From positions 1 to 48,490 of the forward strand of contig JAKZWC010000169.1 of the NCBI GenBank assembly GCA_047515735.1: a stretch of 48,490 bases of DNA, read 5' to 3'. Made by a program: the position numbers and the translations under genes. This document shows, piece after piece, positions 9,526 to 17,170 of the stretch (position 1 is the stretch's first letter; each line of letters begins with the position of its first letter). A model generated the notes under the pieces. It saw only the letters and a list, made by a program, of their open reading frames with translations. It was not told the DNA's origin and ran no database searches. The DNA is from Spirochaetales bacterium. GTDB lineage: Bacteria; Spirochaetota; Spirochaetia; SZUA-6; Bin103.

Positions 9526-10239
9526 GTGAAGTCGGTGTTCATGGACATCCAAGGGGGTGGCAAGTGCTGTTTCTGCGAGCGCAAGTTCGAGTCGGGCGTG
9601 CTTGGGCGATACGAGCTCGACATCGAGCACTTCCGCCCGAAGGGAGAGATCAAGGCATGGAAAGTTCCTCAATCTCTGCTTGACGAAGGAATCCCGTTCA
9701 CAGCTCCTCCCGCTGCTAGCCACGGGTACTATCTTCTGGCGTACCACCTCTTGAATCTCACGGTGGCATGCAAGCCATGTAATTCGGGTCTCAAGAAGAG
9801 CTACTTTCCAATCGGCGGTACTTACGATTTGCATGGTGACGACCCAAGACAAATGGGTGGGGAGCAGCCGTGGCTTATGTATCCGATAGGAGACCTGGAC
9901 GTCGATCCGGAAGACGTGATCAATTTCTACGGTATTCTGCCACGAAGTACATCGCAGCGTGGGCTCGTTACAATCATCTTCTTCGGTCTCGATAACGCCA
10001 TTGGGCGCAAGCAACTGATGAGGGACCGGGCGAGGTTGATTGTCTGCCTTTATCCACAACTCCAGATGGCCCAGCATTCATCCGTGGAAGCCGCAGCGTT
10101 TGTCGCGAAGACTTGTGCAGAGAGCGAGCCACACACCAACTGTGCCCGGAGCTTCGTGCGACTGTTCCAATGCGATCAGGCCGCAGCAGGCAGAGTGGCC
10201 AACGAAGCCAACAAGTATTTTGTTTCCGGATCGCTGTAG
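9526..10239 (+). CDS. HNH endonuclease of the TIGR02646 type, PtuB-like (true start probably upstream, possibly CTG 9382)
   Basis: The motif string GKCCFCE...DIEHFRPK...NLTVACKPCNSGLK (about 9565-9783) gives the CxxC...H...N...CxxCN beta-beta-alpha-metal finger of the AAA-ATPase-associated HNH family. The frame is open from 9364 and overlaps the ATPase stop. The track ORF starts at GTG 9526. Confidence 0.8.
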   Translation: MKSVFMDIQGGGKCCFCERKFESGVLGRYELDIEHFRPKGEIKAWKVPQSLLDEGIPFTAPPAASHGYYLLAYHLLNLTVACKPCNSGLKKSYFPIGGTYDLHGDDPRQMGGEQPWLMYPIGDLDVDPEDVINFYGILPRSTSQRGLVTIIFFGLDNAIGRKQLMRDRARLIVCLYPQLQMAQHSSVEAAAFVAKTCAESEPHTNCARSFVRLFQCDQAAAGRVANEANKYFVSGSL

Positions 10240-10349
10240 CCTTACTTAATCGATGCGAGGACGCGAGTTCTAACGGCGCTCCGATCATACTGCAGTTTCC
10301 CGCTACGACAACCGCGGTCCGAGGCAGTTTGGCAGCGCATATCTCAATC

Positions 10350-11468
10350 TTAATGGCGCACCGACCCGTCGGCGTGCAGCGCGGCGCTCACCGGCCGTGA
10401 ACGGAACGGCAGCCGGGCCGCCGCCGCCTCGTCGATTTCGATGCCGATACCGGGCCGCTGCGGAAGCTGCAGGTATCCGTCCACCACCCGCGGTTGTTCA
10501 TCGACCAGCTCCAGCGCCGGCCCCTGCTTGATGTTGGCTTCCTGCACGAAGTAGTTGGGGATGGCGGCATCGAGCTGGGCGAAGGCCATGGTGTTGACCG
10601 GACTGCCCATCAGGTGGGGGAAGTAGCGCACGAAGCGCGCCTCCGCCAGCGCGGCGATCTTCCTGGCCTGAGTGATGCCCCCCGCCAGTGACAGGTCCGC
10701 GCGCACGAACGCCACGATGCCGCGCTCGATCAACTCCGCGAACTGAAACAGGCTGTAGCTGCGCTCGCCGGCGGCGAGCGGCACGTCGACGTGGCGCGCG
10801 ACGTACTCCAGGGCGTCCTCGCTCTGCGGCGGCAACGGGTCCTCGTAGTAGGCCAGGCGGAAGGGTGCCAGCTCGCGGCCCAGGGTGATCGCTTCGGCGG
10901 GCGTCAGGTTGCGGTGGATCTCCACTCCGAGATCGGCGCGGTCGCCGATCGCATCGCGGATCGCCGCCACGATCGCCACCGCCGAGCCGATCACCGCGCT
11001 GGAGCTGTCCGTCGCCTCCCAGCCGGCGAAGAAGGGCTGGGTGCGGAGCGAGACGAAGCCCTGCTCCACCAGCGCGCGGGCGTGCTCGGCCCGCTCCGCC
11101 ACGCTTTCGCCGGCCACGTTCTCGAACACCTTGATGCGGTCGCGGCAAGGCCCGCCCAACAGGCGGTGCACGGGCAGTCCCGCCACCTTGCCGGCGATGT
11201 CCCACAGCGCCACGTCGATGGCGCTCAGGGCGGCGCTGGACACCGAGCCCATGAAGTGGCTGGCGCGGGTGACTGCCTGGTGATGATGCTCGATCAGGGC
11301 CGGGTCCTTGCCCACGAAGTACTCGGCGAGCGACTCGATGGCGCGCGCCACCACCTCGTGACTGGCCCACAGGCCGGCTTCGCCGTTGCCTACCAGCCCG
11401 GCGTCGGTGGCGACCCGCACCAGGAGGAACTGGTCGCTGAGGAGCGGTTTGACGGACGTGATGCGCAT
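10350..11468 (-). CDS. Enolase-superfamily sugar-acid dehydratase (mandelate racemase/muconate lactonising enzyme family; D-galactonate/D-mannonate dehydratase-like)
   Basis: The track ORF (to 11705) is over-extended. The homologous protein begins at MRITSVKPLLSDQFLLVRVATDAGLVGNGEAG (ATG at 11468). It has the family capping domain followed by the barrel (DLGVEIHRNL, YYEDPL, AAGER). Confidence 0.85.
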   Translation of the reverse strand: MRITSVKPLLSDQFLLVRVATDAGLVGNGEAGLWASHEVVARAIESLAEYFVGKDPALIEHHHQAVTRASHFMGSVSSAALSAIDVALWDIAGKVAGLPVHRLLGGPCRDRIKVFENVAGESVAERAEHARALVEQGFVSLRTQPFFAGWEATDSSSAVIGSAVAIVAAIRDAIGDRADLGVEIHRNLTPAEAITLGRELAPFRLAYYEDPLPPQSEDALEYVARHVDVPLAAGERSYSLFQFAELIERGIVAFVRADLSLAGGITQARKIAALAEARFVRYFPHLMGSPVNTMAFAQLDAAIPNYFVQEANIKQGPALELVDEQPRVVDGYLQLPQRPGIGIEIDEAAAARLPFRSRPVSAALHADGSVRH

Positions 11469-11481
11469 GCCGGCGGCTCCG

Positions 11482-12345
11482 CTAGTGGATCGGCACGCCG
11501 GCAGCTGCGGCGATGCGCTGCGCGTTGGCCACGGCGCCGGGAATGCGCTCGTCCGGGAGGTGCTCCACCAGCATGTAGCCGTCCGGCCGCAACGCCTCCC
11601 AGCGCCGCACGGCGGTGGCCAGGTCCAGGCAGCCTTCGCCGGGGGCGGCCTCGTCGAGGTGCACCACGAAGCCGTCGACGGTGGCCAGGTCCTTGAAGTG
11701 GGCAATGGCAGCGATCGGTCCCATCAGGTCGAAGATGTGATCGATCCGGGCCGGGCTGGAGCACGCCTGTTCCCACGACTGGAAGTGGTTCACGAAGTCC
11801 ATCACCACCCGCAGCCGGGGTGAGCCGACGGCGTCGACCACTTGGCGGTTGATCTCGGGAGTGCCGAGGATGGTCAGGTTGTGGGTCTCCACCACCACGG
11901 TCAACTCCGCCGCCTCCGCGGCCGCGGCCACGCTGTGCAGCTCGGCGACGAGCGTCTCCAGCCGTCCCGGTTCGTGGTTGCGCGGCGAGGGACTGTAGGA
12001 TCCGGTGGGGCTCAGGCTGCCGGTGCGGATCAGGAGTACCCCGGCACCCAACTCGAGCCCTGCCTCCAGGCCGCGCGAGATCTTGCGTTGAATGGCGGCA
12101 CGCACCGTGGCGTCGGGATCGAACAGGCATTCACCATAGCCGACGCCGAGCTGTGCCAGCTCCAGGCCGGCGTCGGCGTAGCGCTGCCGGCAGGCGCGGA
12201 GCTCGGCGGAGGTCACCGCGAACAGCACCTCGCCCGGCGCATGGAAGCAGGCCGCCGATACCCCCAGCGCGCGCACCCGCTCCAGGTGCTCGCGGCGCAC
12301 TTCCCGCGGATCGCCCGGCAGGATACCTACGACACCGAGTCGCAT
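11482..12345 (-). CDS. Sugar phosphate isomerase/epimerase (xylose isomerase-like TIM barrel)
   Basis: 287-aa ORF. AP-endonuclease-2/xylose-isomerase-like barrel pattern (LGVSAACFH..., VVVETHN, MLVEH). Same strand as, and adjacent to, the dehydratase gene. Confidence 0.75.
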   Translation of the reverse strand: MRLGVVGILPGDPREVRREHLERVRALGVSAACFHAPGEVLFAVTSAELRACRQRYADAGLELAQLGVGYGECLFDPDATVRAAIQRKISRGLEAGLELGAGVLLIRTGSLSPTGSYSPSPRNHEPGRLETLVAELHSVAAAAEAAELTVVVETHNLTILGTPEINRQVVDAVGSPRLRVVMDFVNHFQSWEQACSSPARIDHIFDLMGPIAAIAHFKDLATVDGFVVHLDEAAPGEGCLDLATAVRRWEALRPDGYMLVEHLPDERIPGAVANAQRIAAAAGVPIH

Positions 12346-12355
12346 GGCCGAGCCC

Positions 12356-13192
12356 TCAGCCGAGCTGCGCCAGGTAGTGGCGCATCTGCTGCACGTACTG
12401 CGGGAACCCCACCGACGGATCGGGCAGGTAGTCCTTCCACGCCTTCTCCCACTCCAGCGTCAGGTAGCCGTCGTAGCCGCCGGCGTGCAGCACCGGCAGC
12501 GTGTCGGGCACCGGCACGTCACCATCACCCAGCAGACAGTAGCGGTAGCCCTCCCGGTCGCTGTCGGTGAGGTAGGAGTCCTTGATGTGGGTATCCACCA
12601 CATGCGGCCCGACGTTGTCCCAGCACTGCCGCGGGGTCTGGCCGTACAGGCGCCACGGGTGATGGACGTCCCACTGCACCTTGACGAAGGGGTGATCCAC
12701 ACGGGCGACGATATCCTTCACCAGAATGGTGTCGACGAAGTGGTCGTGGGTCTCCACCGCCGCCGCCACCCCCACCGAGGAGCCGTACTCGGCCACGGTG
12801 CGCAGACTCTCCACCACCCAGCCGTAGGCGGCGTTGCGATCCACCTCCGGTGCGATGCGGCCGCCGTACAGCCGGATCTTGTCGATCCCCATGGCGCCCG
12901 CCAGCTCCATGTTCGCCTTCGCTTCGTCGATGTTGGCTTGGCGCTCGTCCGCCGTGGCCGACGAGAACTTGCAGCCGGTCATCAGCATCATGATCTCCAG
13001 CCCGGCGTCGGCGGCCATGCGCAGCGTCTCCGCGCGCCGGCCCGGCTGCAGTTCCGGTACCTTGAGCAGGTCCATCTCCCCCATAAGGCCGCGGATCTCG
13101 AATCCGTCGAAACCGTACTCCCGCGCCTTGGCCACGATCGTCGCATACGGCCAGTCGGGGCACCCGAGCGTAGAAAACCCAAGTTTCATCAT
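12356..13192 (-). CDS. Sugar phosphate isomerase/epimerase (xylose isomerase-like TIM barrel)
   Basis: The real start is MMKLGFSTLGCPDWPY (ATG at 13192), with GGAGGA 6-11 nt upstream on the minus strand. Motifs GFDGFEIR, AVETHD and YLTLEWE are present. The track ORF extension to 13471 has no support. Confidence 0.8.
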   Translation of the reverse strand: MMKLGFSTLGCPDWPYATIVAKAREYGFDGFEIRGLMGEMDLLKVPELQPGRRAETLRMAADAGLEIMMLMTGCKFSSATADERQANIDEAKANMELAGAMGIDKIRLYGGRIAPEVDRNAAYGWVVESLRTVAEYGSSVGVAAAVETHDHFVDTILVKDIVARVDHPFVKVQWDVHHPWRLYGQTPRQCWDNVGPHVVDTHIKDSYLTDSDREGYRYCLLGDGDVPVPDTLPVLHAGGYDGYLTLEWEKAWKDYLPDPSVGFPQYVQQMRHYLAQLG

Positions 13193-13300
13193 GCAGTTCC
13201 TCCGTTGAGGTATCAGTGGCAAAGAAATAATCAGGGCGTCGAGTTGCAGGGCATCACGCGCGCCTCTCCACAGTCGAATCGGTGACTTGACTTGCTTTAG

Positions 13301-13338
13301 GCTTGACAGTGTTGTCAAATATGACAACACTGTCAAGC
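13301..13338. promoter_or_regulatory. Perfect 17-bp inverted repeat with 4-nt spacer (GCTTGACAGTGTTGTCA-AATA-TGACAACACTGTCAAGC), candidate operator/promoter element
   Basis: Read directly from the sequence: both arms are exact reverse complements, and each arm contains TTGACA. It ends 2 nt before the GTG (13341) of the toxin reading frame. It lies in the divergent intergenic region with the isomerase operon. Confidence 0.6.
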
Positions 13339-13340
13339 TA

Positions 13341-13691
13341 GTGGTCCCCGACACACGGCCGATAGGGTGAATCAGGGCAGCGCGCAAGGAGTTCGGGAAG
13401 TTCCCGGGAAATGTCCGGGATCGCATCGGTACCGCGCTCACCATTGCCGCCGAAGGTGGAAGAGCGGACATCGCTAAACCGATGAGGGGCCTTGGACCAC
13501 GTGTAATAGAGATTGCCGTGCGCTACCGGACAGACGCCTATCGCACAGTCTACGTCGCTGAGATTGCGGGGTCACTGTGGGTGGTGCACGCTTTCCTCAA
13601 GAAGTCGAAAACGGGAATCAAGACGCCGAAAGCGGAGATTGACCTCATCCGCGGCCGTATAGCATGGCTCAGAAGGAACCTGGAGCAATGA
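13341..13691 (+). pseudogene. Gp49/HigB-like (RelE/ParE superfamily) toxin gene interrupted by an in-frame TGA at 13368-13370
   Basis: Continuous frame from GTG 13341: VVPDTRPIG*IRAARKEFGKFPGNVRDRIGTALTIAAEGGRADIAKPMRGLGPRVIEIAVRYRTDAYRTVYVAEIAGSLWVVHAFLKKSKTGIKTPKAEIDLIRGR. This matches the family consensus (W-x-G-S-x-x-K-D-L-x-x-F-P ... YR-x-x-Y ... HAF-x-KK-x-x-x-TP). The TGA sits where the conserved Trp (TGG) is expected. The track ORF (13482..13691) is only the 3' part. Confidence 0.7.
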
Positions 13692-14017
13692 GCGCGTCCG
13701 ACTACCAACTGGTTCGAGGCAGCGGAAACCTGTTCCGTGACCTGCATGATCCGGACGCTGATCTGAAGCACGCCAAGGCAGTCCTCGCCGCAAGGATCAT
13801 CATGGTGCTGGATCAAGGCAAGATCTCCGTGCGAATGGCCGCCGACATGACCGGCTTTGCCGCGGCGGATTTCTCTCGCGTGCGTAACGCGGATCTCGCC
13901 CGCTTTACGTTGGACCGGCTGATCAGAATGTTAGGAGGCCTGGACGGGAGCATCGAAGTTACCGTGCATTTGACCCCGCGGAAGATCCGCCAAAGCGTCG
14001 CGTCAAGCTCCGACTGA
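13688..14017 (+). CDS. XRE-family helix-turn-helix antitoxin (HigA-like partner of Gp49-type toxins)
   Basis: Start ATG 13688 overlaps the toxin stop (ATGA, 13688-13691). The sequence SGNLFRDLHDPDADLKHAKAVLAARI...ISVRMAADMTGFAAADFSRVRNADLARFTLDRLIRML fits the usual GSxNVFxDLG...HTH...FSxDxL pattern. Confidence 0.8.
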   Translation: MSASDYQLVRGSGNLFRDLHDPDADLKHAKAVLAARIIMVLDQGKISVRMAADMTGFAAADFSRVRNADLARFTLDRLIRMLGGLDGSIEVTVHLTPRKIRQSVASSSD

Positions 14018-14082
14018 CGAGAACCACCCAGTCCCACCGTCGGCCGACTCCAAGAGCAGCCGGCCGACGACTTCGTACCCGC

Positions 14083-15003
14083 TCAGCCTGCCATGAACGT
14101 CTCGACCTGCCGCCGGGTGTGATACGAGGGCAGCGTGGCGAGCCTGGTGCAGCAGAGGGCGGCGGCGGCGTTGGCGAAGCGTGCCGCCGCGGCCAGCGGA
14201 CGGCCCTCGGCCAGGGCCACCGCCAGCCCCGCGTTGAAAGCGTCGCCGGCACCGGTGGTGTCCACCACCGGGGAGACCGCGAAGCCGGGCACGTGCTCGC
14301 TGCCGGACGGGGTGACGCACAGACAGCCGCGCTCCCCGAGCGTGAGCAGGGCGGCGCCGCAGCCCCGTTCCAGCAGCCGGCGGCCGAGTTCCTCCTCGGC
14401 GGCGCGGTCGGCCGCGCCCAACCCCAGACAGACCCGCGCCTCGGTCTCATTGGGGGTGATCAGCGCCACGCTGGACAGGTCCTCGGCCGACAGGTCGTGT
14501 GCCGGGGCCGGGTTGAGGATGGTGGTGCAGCCCGCCGCCCGGCCCGCCTGCATGGCGCGCAGGGCGGTCCGCAGCGGGATCTCGAGTTGGGTCAGCACCG
14601 TGGCCGGAGGCTGCATCAGGTTCCCGGCGCGCTCCACGTCGGCGGCCGAGAAGTGCGCATTGGCGCCGCTGTCGATGGCGATCATGTTCTGGCCGTCGTT
14701 TCCCAGCAGGATGAAACCGACGCCGGTGGCGGTATCCGCCTGCGTACCCAGGTGTTCCGCGGCCACTCCCTCGGCCGCCAGCAGATCGGCAAACGCCCGG
14801 CCGCGGGCATCGTCGCCCACCCGCCCGACGAAGCTGGTGCGAGCTCCCAGGCGCGCCGCCTGCACCGCCATGTTGGAGCCCTTGCCGCCGTGGGTCTCGA
14901 AGTAGCCGTGGCCGGGGACCGTCTCCCCCACCGCCGGGAAACGCTCCACCTCGATCACCAGCGCTACCAGGTAGCTGCCGATCACGACTACGTCAGGCTT
15001 CAT
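14083..15003 (-). CDS. rbsK: Ribokinase / PfkB-family carbohydrate kinase
   Basis: 306-aa ORF. N-terminal VVVIGS...GGKGSNMAVQAARLG and C-terminal DTTGAGDAFNAG (PfkB signature 2) are typical of ribokinases. Confidence 0.75.
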   Translation of the reverse strand: MKPDVVVIGSYLVALVIEVERFPAVGETVPGHGYFETHGGKGSNMAVQAARLGARTSFVGRVGDDARGRAFADLLAAEGVAAEHLGTQADTATGVGFILLGNDGQNMIAIDSGANAHFSAADVERAGNLMQPPATVLTQLEIPLRTALRAMQAGRAAGCTTILNPAPAHDLSAEDLSSVALITPNETEARVCLGLGAADRAAEEELGRRLLERGCGAALLTLGERGCLCVTPSGSEHVPGFAVSPVVDTTGAGDAFNAGLAVALAEGRPLAAAARFANAAAALCCTRLATLPSYHTRRQVETFMAG

Positions 15004-17056
15004 CTTGCACGCAGCGGAAGCCGATGGTGGCGCAGCGGTCGAGGCCGGGATACATCAGCAGCACCTTTTCGTGGACATCGTTGGGCTGCGCCCCGCTGGC
15101 CCGGTACCACTTGCTGCCCACCACCACCCGGTGGCCGCCGCCCCGCACGATGGCGTAGCGCGTATGCCCGTCGTCGCGCTCGCTCTCGGTCCACTCCCAC
15201 ACGTTGCCGCACATATCGAGACAGCCGCACGGGCTGGCGCCGGCGGGAAACCGGTCCACGGCGGTGGTGCCGCCGCTGTCGCCGTTGCAGCGGGCGGCGT
15301 CGAACAGATCGCCCCACGGCCACAGGCCGCGGCCGGCGGCGCGATGCCACTCCTCCTCCCGCGGCAGCCGCTTGTCCGCCCAGCGGGCGTAGGCGCGGGC
15401 ATCCTCCAGGTCCACCCACACCACCGGATGGCGCTCCTTGCCGGCCGGTATCTGCCAGCGCCACGGCTCTCCGGTGGGCGCGTCCCCGCGGTGCCAGTGA
15501 CGCAGGAAGTTGTGCAGCTCGTCCGGAACATAGCGGGCAGCCTCCAGGAACGCCATGAACTGAGCGTTGGTGACTTCGGTGCGGTCGATCCAGAAGGGGC
15601 GCAGGTCGAACGACTGCGGTGGGTGGTAGGTGTTGAGGTGATTGTCCTGGTTGCCGTAGCACGCCCCTTCCATGAGCGCGGCGACGTTGTGGCGCACCAT
15701 CATGTTGTACGCACCGCCCGCCAGCCGGCACATGTCTGCCGGCTCGGATCCGGCCGTGACCGGGGCCGACGGCGCCACCGGACGCGGCCGGTGATCGGCC
15801 ACGGTGACGCGGTCACGATAGCCATCGTCGCGCGCCGGTTCGAGCGCTGCCTCCGCGGGAGGAAAGCGCACCGCAACCCCCTCCGGCGCCGACACGATGC
15901 AGCCGGCCCCGCCCGGCGGCAGCGGGACGGAGACTGCCGCTGCGCCCTCGCGTTCGGACCCCGTCAACTCGCGCCCGTTCCAGACGTCGTAGTGACGCAG
16001 GGGAGCACCGGAAGCGTCCGCTGCGGCAACCTCCAGCACCGGTCCGTCGCCAGCGCCCGCGCCGGCGTTCAGCAGCGTGTGCACCACGGTCGCGCCGTCC
16101 TGCCAGCGATGCGCGTACACGCCCTCGGCCAGCGTCGCCACGTAGGGCTGCCACTGCATGTCCTGGAACGCCGCCGCGTGCTCGCGCAGCAGCCACGCGC
16201 AGCGCCGCAGCAGGGCGCGGTCCGCCGCCTGCCACGGGTTCCACCAGCCGAAGATGTTCTCCCACACCACCTGCCCGCAGCCGTGGAAGAACGCCGTCTG
16301 CACGATCTCCCGGCGGTCGAGCGCGGTACGGACGATCGCCCGGAACGAGAAGCGCGGCTCCAGCCAGCGGATGGTCAGCAGCTCCGGCGGCGCCACCGGG
16401 CGCCGCTGCAGCCAACTGCCCGCCACCGAGTGCAGCGCACTGAGCGGCGGCGTTCCCTCCGGATCGAACACGATGTCGGGATTGGCGCGCTCCAGCGCCT
16501 CGCGGAATCCCGGCGCATCCATGGCGATGGTGTCCAGGAACACCCCGTCGGCGCCGATCGCCGCGATGATCCCGGCCAACGCCTCGCCGTCGGAACCTCC
16601 CTCCGGCTCGCGCCGGGTACCGGTGTCCCACGGGTTGTAGTGCACGAACACGCGCACGCCACGGGCGTGCGCGCGCTGCACCAGCTCGCGCAGCGCGGGC
16701 AGACCGCCGGGCATGTCGCGATACATCTCGAACTGGTTGCGCCCGTCGATCCCCAGCCGCGGATAGGACTGCCACAGCAGCACGAAGTCGTAGCCGCCGA
16801 ACTCAAGCTCGCCGTCGTCCAGGATCTCGTCGATGCGGTAGCGGCCGGCCGCGCGATCATAGAAACGGGTGTCGTACATGAACAGGAACGCCTCGACGCA
16901 CGCGCGCCGGTACCACCCTCCCGCGGGGCGCTCGAACAGGCGCCCGTCCAGCTCGTGCCGCAGCTCGGCGCGCCGCTCCTCCAACGCCGCCGCCTCCTCC
17001 CGGCCGCGGCCGACGTGGGCCGAGAAATCATTCTGCAGCTTCTCGGGATCGATCAT
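14993..17056 (-). CDS. Fusion protein: N-terminal glycoside-hydrolase-like TIM-barrel region plus C-terminal FGE-sulfatase (SUMF1/EgtB/PvdO) domain
   Basis: The track ORF (to 18223) is over-extended. A plausible start is ATG 17056 (MIDPEKLQ). The C-terminal ~280 aa carry FGE-family motifs (FWIDRTEVTNAQF, HPVVWVDLEDARAYARWADKRLPREEEW, GNVWEWTE, RGG, IGFRCV). The N-terminal ~400 aa resemble an (alpha/beta)8 glycosidase-like fold (RGVRVFVHYNPWD, ADGVFLDTI). It overlaps the ribokinase start by 11 nt. Confidence 0.7.
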   Translation of the reverse strand: MIDPEKLQNDFSAHVGRGREEAAALEERRAELRHELDGRLFERPAGGWYRRACVEAFLFMYDTRFYDRAAGRYRIDEILDDGELEFGGYDFVLLWQSYPRLGIDGRNQFEMYRDMPGGLPALRELVQRAHARGVRVFVHYNPWDTGTRREPEGGSDGEALAGIIAAIGADGVFLDTIAMDAPGFREALERANPDIVFDPEGTPPLSALHSVAGSWLQRRPVAPPELLTIRWLEPRFSFRAIVRTALDRREIVQTAFFHGCGQVVWENIFGWWNPWQAADRALLRRCAWLLREHAAAFQDMQWQPYVATLAEGVYAHRWQDGATVVHTLLNAGAGAGDGPVLEVAAADASGAPLRHYDVWNGRELTGSEREGAAAVSVPLPPGGAGCIVSAPEGVAVRFPPAEAALEPARDDGYRDRVTVADHRPRPVAPSAPVTAGSEPADMCRLAGGAYNMMVRHNVAALMEGACYGNQDNHLNTYHPPQSFDLRPFWIDRTEVTNAQFMAFLEAARYVPDELHNFLRHWHRGDAPTGEPWRWQIPAGKERHPVVWVDLEDARAYARWADKRLPREEEWHRAAGRGLWPWGDLFDAARCNGDSGGTTAVDRFPAGASPCGCLDMCGNVWEWTESERDDGHTRYAIVRGGGHRVVVGSKWYRASGAQPNDVHEKVLLMYPGLDRCATIGFRCVQDEA

Positions 17057-17170
17057 GCGGCAATCATGCCACGAAGTTGCCGGTCGTGCACCGGCTCCCA
17101 CCCCGCGCCTCGGCGTAGACCGCCGCCGCCGCGGCGTGCCATGCTCGGCGCACCGAGCCAGGAGGTGTTC

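Noticed and set aside
9475-10077. 200-aa minus-strand ORF inside the island, antisense to the HNH gene (also 8841..9095, 9068..9319 and 9390..9653 on the minus strand)
   Set aside because: - There is no recognisable motif.
- It fully overlaps the strongly supported plus-strand ATPase and HNH genes.
- I treat it as a shadow ORF, not a third component of the cassette.
10350-11705. 5' extensions of track ORFs: 10350..11705, 12356..13471, 14993..18223, 38700..40568, 37072..38841, 8090..9385, 19329..22073
   Set aside because: - The extended N-termini are low-complexity Arg/Pro/Ala sequence that overlaps upstream genes.
- Family homology begins at internal ATG/GTG codons, several with Shine-Dalgarno sequences or 4-nt coupling overlaps.
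- I reported the shorter coordinates.
14039-14068. Hairpin between the convergent antitoxin and ribokinase genes: GTCGGCCG ... CGGCCGAC
   Set aside because: - It is an 8-bp stem with a 14-nt loop and no T-tract on either strand.
- It is plausible as a convergent terminator but not supportable from sequence alone.
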